Part shown: positions 1 to 9,907 of the stretch, in pieces | Position numbering within the stretch: the stretch's first letter is position 1 | How the letters are laid out: each line of letters opens with the position of its first letter | DNA from: Xanthomonas campestris pv. campestris str. ATCC 33913 | GTDB lineage: Bacteria > Pseudomonadota > Gammaproteobacteria > Xanthomonadales > Xanthomonadaceae | NCBI RefSeq assembly: GCF_000007145.1 | Contig: NC_003902.1 | Location: 1,207,436-1,239,435 of the forward strand | Reading direction: 5' to 3' | DNA length: 32,000 nt | Made by a program: the position numbers and the translations under genes | Notes under the pieces: model-generated | The model's input: the letters and a program-made list of their open reading frames with translations, nothing else | Told to the model about the DNA's origin: nothing | Databases searched by the model: none

Positions 1-1
1 G

Positions 2-187
2 GTGGAGCTGAAGGTGCCGGCCGATTCCGAGGCTGGGCGCAAGTTGCGCCTGCGCGGCCGCGGCTTGCCGGGCGCCACCCCGGGCGACCAGATCGTGGAG
101 CTGGAAATCCTGGCCCCGGCGCCCACCGACGAGGCGCAGAAGAAGGCGTATCGGACGCTGGCCAAGGCCTTCGGCGAATCGATCTGA
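2..187 (+). CDS. cbpA: 3' end of a DnaJ-class curved-DNA-binding protein (CbpA-like), truncated by the window edge
   Basis: The ORF enters from the window edge. The tail KLRLRGRGLPG..GDQIVELEILAP..DEAQKKAYRTLAKAF fits the DnaJ/CbpA C-terminal domain pattern. TGA at 185-187. Confidence 0.7.
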   Translation: MELKVPADSEAGRKLRLRGRGLPGATPGDQIVELEILAPAPTDEAQKKAYRTLAKAFGESI

Positions 188-503
188 CGCAGTGGGTGTT
201 GTGATGAAGCGCGTGCTGATGTGTCAGCGCGCGCTGCATTGCCCGGCTGCAGGGCCGGTGGTGCGGGTTGCCGGCGTGGTGTTTTGAATGGCCGCGAATC
301 GCGTCGCGATCGCTGCCCGGCATGGCGTTGGCCGGTCGATGGCCCGAAGCGCTGCGTTCTTCGCTATCGCCTCGACAGGGCTATGTGCTTCGGGCCGCCA
401 ACGCCCATCGCACCCAGGCTCTCCGGGTCCCCGCAAACGCCACGACCAGCTACCGAAAGCGCGGCCGGCGCACTACACTCGCCGCGCACACTAGGGGAAA
501 CAC

Positions 504-890
504 ATGGCACGTATTCTGATTGTCGACGACTCGCCGTCGCAGCTGCTGGGGATTCAGCGCATCGTCGAGAAGTTGGGGCACGAAACCATCACTGCCACCG
601 ACGGCGCCGCCGGCGTGGAAGCGGCCAAGTCGGCACTGCCGGACCTGGTGCTGATGGACGTGGTCATGCCCAACCTCAACGGGTTCCAGGCCACCCGCAC
701 GCTCAAGCGCGAGCCCACCACCCAGCACATCCCGGTGATCCTGGTGACCACCAAGGACCAGGACACCGACCGCATGTGGGGCATGCGCCAGGGCGCCCGC
801 GCCTACATCACCAAGCCGTTCTCCGAAGACGAGCTGCTGGAAGTGATGGAGCGGGTGTTCAACCAGAAAGACGAGCCGCCGGCGGCGTGA
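504..890 (+). CDS. Single-domain CheY-like response regulator (REC domain only)
   Basis: 128 aa. ILIVDDS acidic pocket, phospho-acceptor context LVLMDVVMP, VILVTTK and KPF motifs. AGGGGA RBS at 493-498 ahead of ATG 504. Confidence 0.85.
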   Translation: MARILIVDDSPSQLLGIQRIVEKLGHETITATDGAAGVEAAKSALPDLVLMDVVMPNLNGFQATRTLKREPTTQHIPVILVTTKDQDTDRMWGMRQGARAYITKPFSEDELLEVMERVFNQKDEPPAA

Positions 891-1400
891 TCGCGCCGGC
901 AGTGCGCCAGCCTTTCTTGCTTGGGCGCACGGGAGATAGGCGCTTTTAGGGTCCAGGCACGCGATACGCCATCCTTCGGAAGTGAGTTGCTGGACGTGAC
1001 CCGATAGATGGTCGATCAGTAAAGACGAGCTGCTGGCTGCGTGACCGCACCCGGCAGTGCGCCCGGACTTCTTGAAGCATGCGCACGCGCGATAGGTGGG
1101 CGGCAGTCCGGGCATGTCATAAGCCGTCCTCCGGGAGACGAGCTACTGGAAGTGACCGGACAGCTCGCCCAATCAGACTGACAAGCCGCTGGCGTGCGAT
1201 CGCACCGGCAGTGCGGCAGCCCTTCCTTGAATTAGCGCATGCGCGGTGTCTGCTCGGCGAATCGGAGCACGTTAAAAACCGTGCCTGGACGAGCTGCTGG
1301 AAGTGACGGATAGACAGCCAACCAGAATGCCCCCCAGCGTCGGGTGGTGTGATTGCATTAGCAGGGCGCGAGCCTGTCAGTGGTCGAGGGCCGGCGGGCA
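818..1400 (+). repeat. Degenerate tandem repeat, about 155-bp period, about 3.5-4 units; unit 1 is the last 24 codons plus the 3' flank of the response-regulator gene
   Basis: GACGAGCTGCTGG(A/C).GTGA recurs at 828, 1024 (with a more diverged copy at about 982), 1137 and 1288. CCGGCAGTGCG-loop-GCGCA(C/T) recurs at about 896, 1051 and 1206. Units start near 818, 973, 1129 and 1285. Confidence 0.8.
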
Positions 1401-1861
1401 GGGTGGCGCTGGCACAGCTCAGATGCCCGGCAGAAGGTCCAGGTCCTCTGACCACGGGAGTCATCCCGCCAACCCAGCATCAGCATCAGCACGCCTCTCG
1501 TCCTGCCTGCCCGCTGTGGGTGCTCGGCGCGATGGTGGGTGGCCGCCTGCCAAGACCGGCTTTCCAGGTCTGTCCCGTACGCTCGCCGCCCATCAAGGCC
1601 AACCCGCCTATCGGGTGCACCTGGCGCCCTGTGGCCTTCCTCATCCACGTTCCAGACCAGGCCTAACCCTCGCTTCCCGCCTTCCCGGCCTCCGCCCGGC
1701 CCCGGCAACCACCCACCCCCAATCCGCCGCCGGCTAAACCACGCCGCACCAATCTGGCCCTTTCAAAACGGCCGGTCTGCCCCATCTAGTAGAATCATCG
1801 AAATCACAACACGGCGGCACTGCGGGACTGGCCCGCACAGCCCCCTGATCATGGAGCGTGC

Positions 1862-3004
1862 ATGGCCTGGAACACACCCGGCAACAAGGGCGGAGACGGC
1901 CCGGATCCCAACCGTCGCAGGTCCTGGGGGCCGCGCGGGGGCGGCAACGGTGGTGGCTGGGGCAATCTGCCCGCCCCGTTGAAAGAGCTGTTCGATGGCG
2001 GCGTGTGGCGCTGGGTGCTGATCGCCGTGGTGCTGATGGTGCTGTTTTCCAGCTTCCAGCTCATTGGCGAGCAGCAGCGTGGCGTGGTGCTGCGCTTTGG
2101 CCAGTTCTCGCGGATCCTGCAGCCTGGCCCCAGCTTCAAGCTGCCCTGGCCGATCGAATCGGTGCGCAAGGTCAACGCCACCGAGATCAAGACCTTCAGC
2201 AACCAGGTACCGGTGCTGACGCGCGACGAGAACATCGTCAACGTCTCGCTCAACGTGCAGTACCAGATCAGCGACCCGCGCAAGTACCTGTTCGGCTCGC
2301 GCAATGCGGACCTGGTGCTGGAGCAGGCTGCGCAGAGTGCGGTGCGTGAGCAGGTCGGTCGCTCCGACCTCAACACCGTGCTCAACAATCGCGGCCCGCT
2401 GGCCATTGCGTCCAAGGACCGCCTGCAGGCGGCGCTCAATGCCTACAACACCGGCTTGTCGGTGACTGGCGTGACCCTGCCCGACGCGCGTCCGCCGGAA
2501 GAAGTGAAGCCGGCCTTCGACGAGGTCAACGGTGCCCAGCAGGTGCGCGAGCGCCTGATCAACGAAGCCCAGGCCTACGCCGCCAAGGTGGTGCCCGAAG
2601 CGCGCGGCCAGGGTGCCCGCACCCGCACCGGCGCCGAAGGCTACAAGCAGGCCGTGATTTCCAAGGCCGAGGGCGATGCCGACCGTTTCACCCTGCTGCA
2701 GGAGCAGTACGCCGGCGCGCCGGACGTCACCCGCAAGCGGCTGTGGCTGGAAACCGTGCAGAAGGTGCTGTCGGAAAACCGCAAGGTGATCGGCAGCGAT
2801 GGCCGCCAGGTCATCTACGTGCCGTTGCCGGCCGATGCCGGCAAGAGCGGCAATGCCGGAACAGCTACGGGTAACGGCAGCACCCCGTCGATGGTGCCGC
2901 AGGACGTGCTGTTGAATCCGCCGCAAGGCAATGGCGGCAGCGCCGAAGGCATTCGCAATCCGGAACGCGGCCCGCGTCCGACCGGCCGTGAGGGGACCGA
3001 ATAA
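1862..3004 (+). CDS. hflK: HflK, SPFH/band-7 modulator of FtsH protease
   Basis: 380 aa. Gly-rich N-terminus MAWNTPGNKGGDGPDPN, one TM helix, SPFH core, and a gene partner overlapping by 1 nt (TAATG). GGAG RBS at 1852. Confidence 0.9.
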   Translation: MAWNTPGNKGGDGPDPNRRRSWGPRGGGNGGGWGNLPAPLKELFDGGVWRWVLIAVVLMVLFSSFQLIGEQQRGVVLRFGQFSRILQPGPSFKLPWPIESVRKVNATEIKTFSNQVPVLTRDENIVNVSLNVQYQISDPRKYLFGSRNADLVLEQAAQSAVREQVGRSDLNTVLNNRGPLAIASKDRLQAALNAYNTGLSVTGVTLPDARPPEEVKPAFDEVNGAQQVRERLINEAQAYAAKVVPEARGQGARTRTGAEGYKQAVISKAEGDADRFTLLQEQYAGAPDVTRKRLWLETVQKVLSENRKVIGSDGRQVIYVPLPADAGKSGNAGTATGNGSTPSMVPQDVLLNPPQGNGGSAEGIRNPERGPRPTGREGTE

Positions 3005-3867
3005 TGAAGAATTCGCTAGTCATCGGCCTGATTGTCGCCGTGTTGCTTGGCCTGATGGGCTCGGTGTTCGTGGTGCGCGAAGACCAGACCGCCATGGTGC
3101 TCAACCTGGGCCGCGTGGTGCGTGCCGACCTCAAGCCCGGCCTGCACTTCAAGATTCCGGTGGTGGAATCGGTGCGCGTGTTCGATCGCCGCTTCCAGGT
3201 GCTGGACACCGCCCCGGCGCGTTATTTCACCGCCGAGCAGAAAGACGTGAGCGTGGACTTCTTCGCCATCGGGTACATCTCCGATGTGCGGGCGTTCTAC
3301 CGCGCCACCGGTGGTGAGGAATCGGTGGCCAACTCGCGTCTGGCCCCGATCATCACCGACTCGCTGCGCAACCAGATCAACTCGCGCACCCTGCAGCAGC
3401 TGGTCTCCGGCGACCGCAGCGAACTGATCGCCAACCAGCTCAAGGGCATCAACGCCGCGATCAAGGGCTTGGGCATGCAGATCACCGACCTGCGCATCAA
3501 GCAGATCGACCTGCCCACCGACAGCCAGGTGATCACCGACGTCTACGAGCGCATGCGTGCCCAGCGCAAGCAGGAAGCCAGCAAGCTGCGCGCCGAAGGC
3601 GAAGAACAGGCCCTGACCATCCGCGCCCAGGCCGACCGCGAATCCACCGTGATCGTGGCCGACGCCGAGCGCGATGCGCAGAAGCTGCGTGGTGAAGGCG
3701 ATGCCGAAGCTGCCCGCATCTACGGCCAGGCCGGCTCCAAGGACCCGTCGTTCTACGCGTTCTACCGCAGCCTGGAGGCCTACCGCGGCTCCATGACCGA
3801 CGGCAACGGCGTGATCGTCCTCGACAAGAACGACCCATTCCTGCAGTACCTCAGAAGCGATCGTTGA
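3004..3867 (+). CDS. hflC: HflC, SPFH/band-7 modulator of FtsH protease
   Basis: 287 aa. N-terminal TM helix, SPFH core, Glu/Ala/Arg-rich coiled region. Start overlaps the hflK stop. Confidence 0.9.
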   Translation: MKNSLVIGLIVAVLLGLMGSVFVVREDQTAMVLNLGRVVRADLKPGLHFKIPVVESVRVFDRRFQVLDTAPARYFTAEQKDVSVDFFAIGYISDVRAFYRATGGEESVANSRLAPIITDSLRNQINSRTLQQLVSGDRSELIANQLKGINAAIKGLGMQITDLRIKQIDLPTDSQVITDVYERMRAQRKQEASKLRAEGEEQALTIRAQADRESTVIVADAERDAQKLRGEGDAEAARIYGQAGSKDPSFYAFYRSLEAYRGSMTDGNGVIVLDKNDPFLQYLRSDR

Positions 3868-3885
3868 TCGCTCTGCTTTGAACCG

Positions 3886-3919
3886 ACAACGCCCGCGTCA
3901 TGCGGGCGTTGTTGTATTT
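3886..3919 (+). terminator. Rho-independent terminator after hflC
   Basis: 11-bp stem ACAACGCCCGC / GCGGGCGTTGT (3886-3896 / 3902-3912), 5-nt loop, then TGTATTT. Confidence 0.6.
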
Positions 3920-4061
3920 GCCTCTGACTGTCGAGCAGGCATGCGCGCCCCAAGCGGAGGAACGCACCCGGGCGCGACCGCCTTACCGGGAATGCCCGTC
4001 GCGCCCAGGTGCGCTCCTACGACGCGGAACTTGTCGGGCACACTGCATCTCCCAGGTTGCG

Positions 4062-4259
4062 ATGGTGTTGGTGATGCAAGAGTTTCTGTCCGCGTTATGC
4101 CTGATCGCCGTCATCGAAGGCCTGCTGCTGTTTGCCGTGCCCACCGCCTGGAAGCGCATGGTCGAGCAACTGTTCAGCCTGCCCACCACGCAATTGCGCG
4201 CCATTGGCGGCATCACGTTGGTGCTGGGTGCAATCGCGCTGTGGATCGTGCGCCACTGA
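4062..4259 (+). CDS. Small two-TM membrane protein, DUF2065/YjeT-like
   Basis: Hydrophobic 65-aa product MVLVMQEFLSALCLIAVIEGLLLFAVP...LVLGAIALWIVRH. It sits directly after hflC, as yjeT does in enterobacteria. The 5' part of the 3900 ORF overlaps the hflC terminator, so an internal ATG at 4062 (or 4074) is preferred. Confidence 0.6.
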   Translation: MVLVMQEFLSALCLIAVIEGLLLFAVPTAWKRMVEQLFSLPTTQLRAIGGITLVLGAIALWIVRH

Positions 4260-4462
4260 GGGGACAGCCCGTCATCGGCTGTGACAGAAGCGGGCAGGGA
4301 GACGGCGATCGGCAACAGCCGATTGCAGCCACCAGCAGGGTTGCGCCGCTGGGGCGCTCAGCGCGTTTGAAGCACCCGGCGGGCACGCAGCGCGCCCCAA
4401 TCTGACCAATCCCGGAGCGGCCACCCCCAAGGGGTAGTGCATGCCACCCGAAACCCGGATAA

Positions 4463-5935
<1,473 letters not shown>

Positions 5936-5958
5936 TCGGCTGACGCCATCGCACTGCC

Positions 5959-5990
5959 AAAACGGCCCGGCTTGTCCGGGCCGTTTTCAT
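5959..5990 (+). terminator. Rho-independent terminator after purA
   Basis: 12-bp stem AAAACGGCCCGG / CCGGGCCGTTTT with loop CTTGT, followed by a T-rich tail. Confidence 0.75.
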
Positions 5991-6102
5991 TTGAGGATTG
6001 CTGAGCATTGGCATGACCTTTGGCGGTGCGCGAGCGAGCGTGAGCGGAGGATCATCGCTAGCACCGCGCAACATGCGCCTCCCTCCGCCTACGAGAACTG
6101 CC

Positions 6103-8775
6103 ATGCGTCTTCCCCTGGTGACCGCCATCGCCCTGGTCCTGACCGGTACCGCCCTGACCAGCGGCGTGTACGCTGCCGAATTTGCAGTACCCACTGCGGC
6201 CACATCCGCCGCATCGGCCATCACCACCCAGCTGCCGCGTACCGCCAGGCCCAGCCACTACGCGATCGAGATCACCCCACATGCCGAGACGATGACCTTC
6301 GACGGTAAGGTCAGCATCGATGTCGAGGTGCTGGCGCCCACCGATGCCATCGTGCTGCAGGCCGCGCAGCTGACCTTCGGCAAGGCCACGCTGGCCGCAG
6401 CAGGCCGCAAGCCGGTCGCAGCCAAGGTCACCACCGACGCGGATGCGCAGACCGCCAGCATTGCCACCGGCAAGCCACTGGCGCCGGGTAAATATGTGCT
6501 GACGCTGGCCTACAGCGGCACCATCAACACGCAGGCCAATGGCTTGTTTGCGCTCGATTACACCACTGCGCAGGGCGCGCGCCGCGCACTGTTCACGCAG
6601 TTTGAAAACTCGGATGCGCGCCGCTTCGTACCCTCGTGGGACGAGCCCAACTTCAAGGCCACCTTCGATTTGGTCATCAATGCGCCCGCCGGGCAGATGG
6701 CAGTGAGCAACATGCCGGTCGCCTCGTCCAAGCCGGGTACAAACGGGTGCACCCGCGTGGCGTTCCAGACCTCGCCCAAGATGTCGACCTACCTGCTCTT
6801 CGTGAGCGTGGGCGACTTTGAGCGCGCCACCGTCAAGGCCGATAACGGTACCGAGATCGGCGTCATTGCGCAGAAGGGCAAGGTAGGCCAGGCGCAGTTT
6901 GCGCTGGAATCCGGCCGTGATGTGCTGCACGAATACAACGACTACTTCGGCATCCAATACCCGCTGCCCAAGCTGGACAATATCGCCGCACCAGGGCGCA
7001 GCCAGTTCTTCAGTGCCATGGAAAACTGGGGCGCGATCTTTACCTTCGAGTACACGCTGTTGCTCGATCCTGCGGTGGCCAACGTCAGTACCAAACAAGG
7101 CGTGTTCACTGTTGCAGCACATGAGATCGCGCACCAGTGGTTCGGTAATCTGGTGACCATGGCGTGGTGGGACGACCTGTGGCTCAACGAAGGCTTTGCC
7201 AACTGGATGGAAGCACGCACCACGGCAAAATTGCATCCGGAATGGGATATCGACAAGACCGGCCCGGCGCAAAAAAGTCGCGCGGCCATGCGTCGCGATG
7301 CGTATGTCACCACCCATCCGGTGGTGCAGCACGTGGCCACCGTGGAGCAGGCCAGCCAGGCCTTCGACAGTATCACCTACGCCAAGGGTGAGGCCGTGAT
7401 TGCCATGCTGGAAGACTACGTTGGCGAGGATGCCTGGCGCACCGGCGTGCGCAGCTACATCCGGCAGCATCAGTACGGCAATGCGGTGACCGACCAGTTG
7501 TGGCAGCAGATCGATACGGTGGCACCCGGCAAGCAATTCATCCAGGTGGCTCACGACTTCACCCTGCAGCCGGGCGTGCCGTTGATCAAGGCCAGCAGCC
7601 GTTGCGTGGGTGGTCAGACCACGGTCACGCTGGAGCAGGGCGAGTTCACGCTGGATCGGCCCGACAAGCAGCCGCTGCGCTGGCATGTGCCAGTTGTGCT
7701 GCGTGGCGGTGATGGCAAACAGGTGCGTGTGCTGGTGGACGGCACTGCACAGGTACAGTTGCCTGGCTGCAAGGTGCCGGTGGTGGTCAATGCCGGGCAA
7801 AAGGGCTATTTCCGCACAGCGTATGCACCGATGCAGTTCAAGGCGCTGGCCGCGGGCTTCAGCGCATTGCCGGTGGTGGACCAGCTGGGCGTGTTGAACG
7901 ACACCAATGCACTGGCCGGCGCGGGCGTACAACCGGAGACGGACCTGCTGAATCTCGCGGCCCAGGTAAAGGTCGGCGCATCGCCGGATATCTGGGAGAT
8001 GGTGGCCAGCATCTACGACAGTGTGGATGGAAGCTTCGAGCGTGACCAGGCTGCGCGCGCTGCCTGGCGCGCGTACGCCGTGCCGCACCTGTCGGCGGAG
8101 TTCGCAACATTGGGCTGGGACAATCGTGATGACGATTCGGCGGAGATCCAACAACTGCGCACACGCTTGATCGGCAGCCTCAGCGGCATGGGCGATGCGG
8201 CCGTGATTGCCGAAGCGCGCCGGCGGTTTGCCGGGTTCCAGGCCAACCCCGCGTCGCTGTCGCCCGAACTGCGCGACAGCGTGCTCGGTGCGGTTGCGCT
8301 CAATGCCGATGCCGCTACCTGGGATGCGTTACATGCGTTGGCCAAGCAGGAGACCTCATCGATGGTGCGCGACACCTATTACGACTTTCTTTCCATGGCC
8401 GATGATCAGGCGCTGGCCAAGCGCGCGTTGGAACTGGCGCTGACAGAGGAGCCAGGCGCCACCACCGGTGCGAGCATGATCGACCGGGTCGCCTCCCGGC
8501 ACCCGGAGTTGGCGTTCGACTTTGCGGTGGCGCATCGCGCACAAGTAGACATGTTGGTGGATTCCACCTCGCGTGCCCGCTACTACCCAAGCCTGGGGAT
8601 GGATTCGGCCGACCTCGCCACAGCCAACAAGATCAAGGCCTACGCCGACACGTACATCGCGCCAACCTCTCGGCAGACCGCAGACAACGCCATCAACACG
8701 ATTCAGACGCGGGTGAAGCTGCGGGCGGCGTCGCTGCCGCAGATCAAAGCGTGGTTGGCCGCGCGCAAGCGTTGA
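6103..8775 (+). CDS. pepN: Secreted M1-family aminopeptidase N-like zinc metallopeptidase
   Basis: GAMENWG exopeptidase motif and HEIAHQWFGNLVTMAWWDDLWLNEGFA (HExxH-18-E). The signal peptide MRLPLVTAIALVLTGTALTSGVYA-AE supports ATG 6103. ATG 6073 and 5998 are possible but less likely. Confidence 0.88.
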   Translation: MRLPLVTAIALVLTGTALTSGVYAAEFAVPTAATSAASAITTQLPRTARPSHYAIEITPHAETMTFDGKVSIDVEVLAPTDAIVLQAAQLTFGKATLAAAGRKPVAAKVTTDADAQTASIATGKPLAPGKYVLTLAYSGTINTQANGLFALDYTTAQGARRALFTQFENSDARRFVPSWDEPNFKATFDLVINAPAGQMAVSNMPVASSKPGTNGCTRVAFQTSPKMSTYLLFVSVGDFERATVKADNGTEIGVIAQKGKVGQAQFALESGRDVLHEYNDYFGIQYPLPKLDNIAAPGRSQFFSAMENWGAIFTFEYTLLLDPAVANVSTKQGVFTVAAHEIAHQWFGNLVTMAWWDDLWLNEGFANWMEARTTAKLHPEWDIDKTGPAQKSRAAMRRDAYVTTHPVVQHVATVEQASQAFDSITYAKGEAVIAMLEDYVGEDAWRTGVRSYIRQHQYGNAVTDQLWQQIDTVAPGKQFIQVAHDFTLQPGVPLIKASSRCVGGQTTVTLEQGEFTLDRPDKQPLRWHVPVVLRGGDGKQVRVLVDGTAQVQLPGCKVPVVVNAGQKGYFRTAYAPMQFKALAAGFSALPVVDQLGVLNDTNALAGAGVQPETDLLNLAAQVKVGASPDIWEMVASIYDSVDGSFERDQAARAAWRAYAVPHLSAEFATLGWDNRDDDSAEIQQLRTRLIGSLSGMGDAAVIAEARRRFAGFQANPASLSPELRDSVLGAVALNADAATWDALHALAKQETSSMVRDTYYDFLSMADDQALAKRALELALTEEPGATTGASMIDRVASRHPELAFDFAVAHRAQVDMLVDSTSRARYYPSLGMDSADLATANKIKAYADTYIAPTSRQTADNAINTIQTRVKLRAASLPQIKAWLAARKR

Positions 8776-8918
8776 AATGGCGTCACGGTGCATGGCATCT
8801 GTTTGCTACCCAGCGGATAGGTGCCAGCCCGTGACTTCCGCATTGACATCAGTGCGTGGTGTCTGCATTTGCCAATGACGATGGTGCTCGCCAAGATGGC
8901 CGCACTGCTACATGGACG

Positions 8919-9710
8919 ATGCCAATGCGTGTTGTTTCAACTGATCACTTTTCTGTGGCGCGTGTCGCGTGCAGCACCGCACGCGTCATTGCGCTTGTCT
9001 GCACGCTGACGTGTACAGCGGCCAGCGCACGCACTATTGCGCAGGTGCGCTACCCGCAGATCGCTGCACATGCTGCCGCCGTGGAAGGTCTGGTCCCTAC
9101 GGGGTGGCGGGTAGAGCAACGGCTGCAAGGTGACCTGGACCGCGACGGCCGTAACGATGTCGTGCTGGTATTGAAAATGACCGACGCGGCGAACGTGCTG
9201 CAGGTTGACGAGCGCACGCCCGAACCGCTGGACACCAACCCACGCATGCTCATTGCAGCGCTCATGGACCCGGCTGGTGGCTATCGTACGGTGACGCAGG
9301 ATCACGCCCTGATCCCACGCGGCGTCTCCACTGATCAGGATGAGTCTCTCGACGAGAGCGGCACCACCGGAGGCGGCGGCGTTGGTATCAACACAGCCGG
9401 TACGGTCACCGTCACCCTGAGCCAGTTTGCCTCGATGGGCTCCTGGCAAATGGGCGAGACCAGCTTCAATTTCCGCTACCAGGACGGCTGCCTGCGCCTG
9501 ATCGGCTACGAGCGCTCAACGGTACAGCGCAACACCGGCGAGACCAACGCGCTCAGCATCAACTACCTCACCGGCCGCGCCTGGCGCACGCAGGGCAGCG
9601 TCGACCACGACGGTGAGCCACCAAAGCGCTGGCTGCGGCTGCCCAAGCAGCCGTTGCAATGCCTGGAGCAGGTGGGCGATGGGTTGATGTTCAATCCGAA
9701 GATCGAGTAG
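8919..9710 (+). CDS. Hypothetical secreted protein
   Basis: The ORF has GC-rich third codon positions. N-terminal hydrophobic segment VIALVCTLTCTAASA, a GDLDRDGRNDVVLVL Asp-rich loop and a Gly-rich stretch. No family recognised. Start is uncertain (8856/8919/8925). Confidence 0.5.
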   Translation: MPMRVVSTDHFSVARVACSTARVIALVCTLTCTAASARTIAQVRYPQIAAHAAAVEGLVPTGWRVEQRLQGDLDRDGRNDVVLVLKMTDAANVLQVDERTPEPLDTNPRMLIAALMDPAGGYRTVTQDHALIPRGVSTDQDESLDESGTTGGGGVGINTAGTVTVTLSQFASMGSWQMGETSFNFRYQDGCLRLIGYERSTVQRNTGETNALSINYLTGRAWRTQGSVDHDGEPPKRWLRLPKQPLQCLEQVGDGLMFNPKIE

Positions 9711-9907
9711 TCCATGCGAACTACGTGGCCAGCCAAGGCATCGATAGACGCGTAGTACAGACCCTGCAGCGCTATCGCCCAGCTAGTTGCTGAGCGATAG
9801 CGTTACAAGCAGCGAGACGGAGTGCGATGTCCCCAACTGTCTGCGCCGGTGCTTACTGAAAGTGCTCGCTGTTGTCGGCAAGGGCCGAGCGGTCAATTCC
9901 CTGCGCC

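Noticed and set aside
818-1400. Could the repeat array be a CRISPR array?
   Set aside because: The period is about 155 bp with degenerate units and no alternation of identical short repeats with unique spacers. No cas genes are present, and unit 1 is part of a coding sequence.
891-1861. Several 100-150-aa ORFs (for example 1303-1737, 1349-1666 and 1539-1982) in the long gap between the response regulator and hflK.
   Set aside because: Their translations are Pro/Arg/Ala-rich, mutually overlapping in different frames, and lack an RBS. The region is better explained by the tandem repeats and a C-rich leader.
3900-4061. The long version (119 aa) of the DUF2065 ORF starting at 3900.
   Set aside because: The 5' extension overlaps the hflC terminator hairpin and encodes an Arg/Pro-rich non-hydrophobic peptide. 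The conserved-looking membrane protein begins at the internal ATG 4062 or 4074.
6058-8154. 698-aa ORF antisense to pepN. Similar long antisense or shadow ORFs occur at 4652-5905 (opposite purA), 1763-2926 (opposite hflK), 21113-22882 (opposite Res), 12361-13680, 10400-11266 and 29025-30293.
   Set aside because: These are typical high-GC shadow ORFs. Their translations are Arg/Gly/Ala/His-rich and low in complexity with no motifs. The opposite or alternative frame encodes a protein with unmistakable family signatures in each case.
9770-9802. The hairpin CGCTATCGC-N15-GCGATAGCG between the convergent genes, a possible bidirectional terminator.
   Set aside because: The 15-nt loop is large and no U/T tract follows on either strand. 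It is plausible but not supportable as a terminator call.
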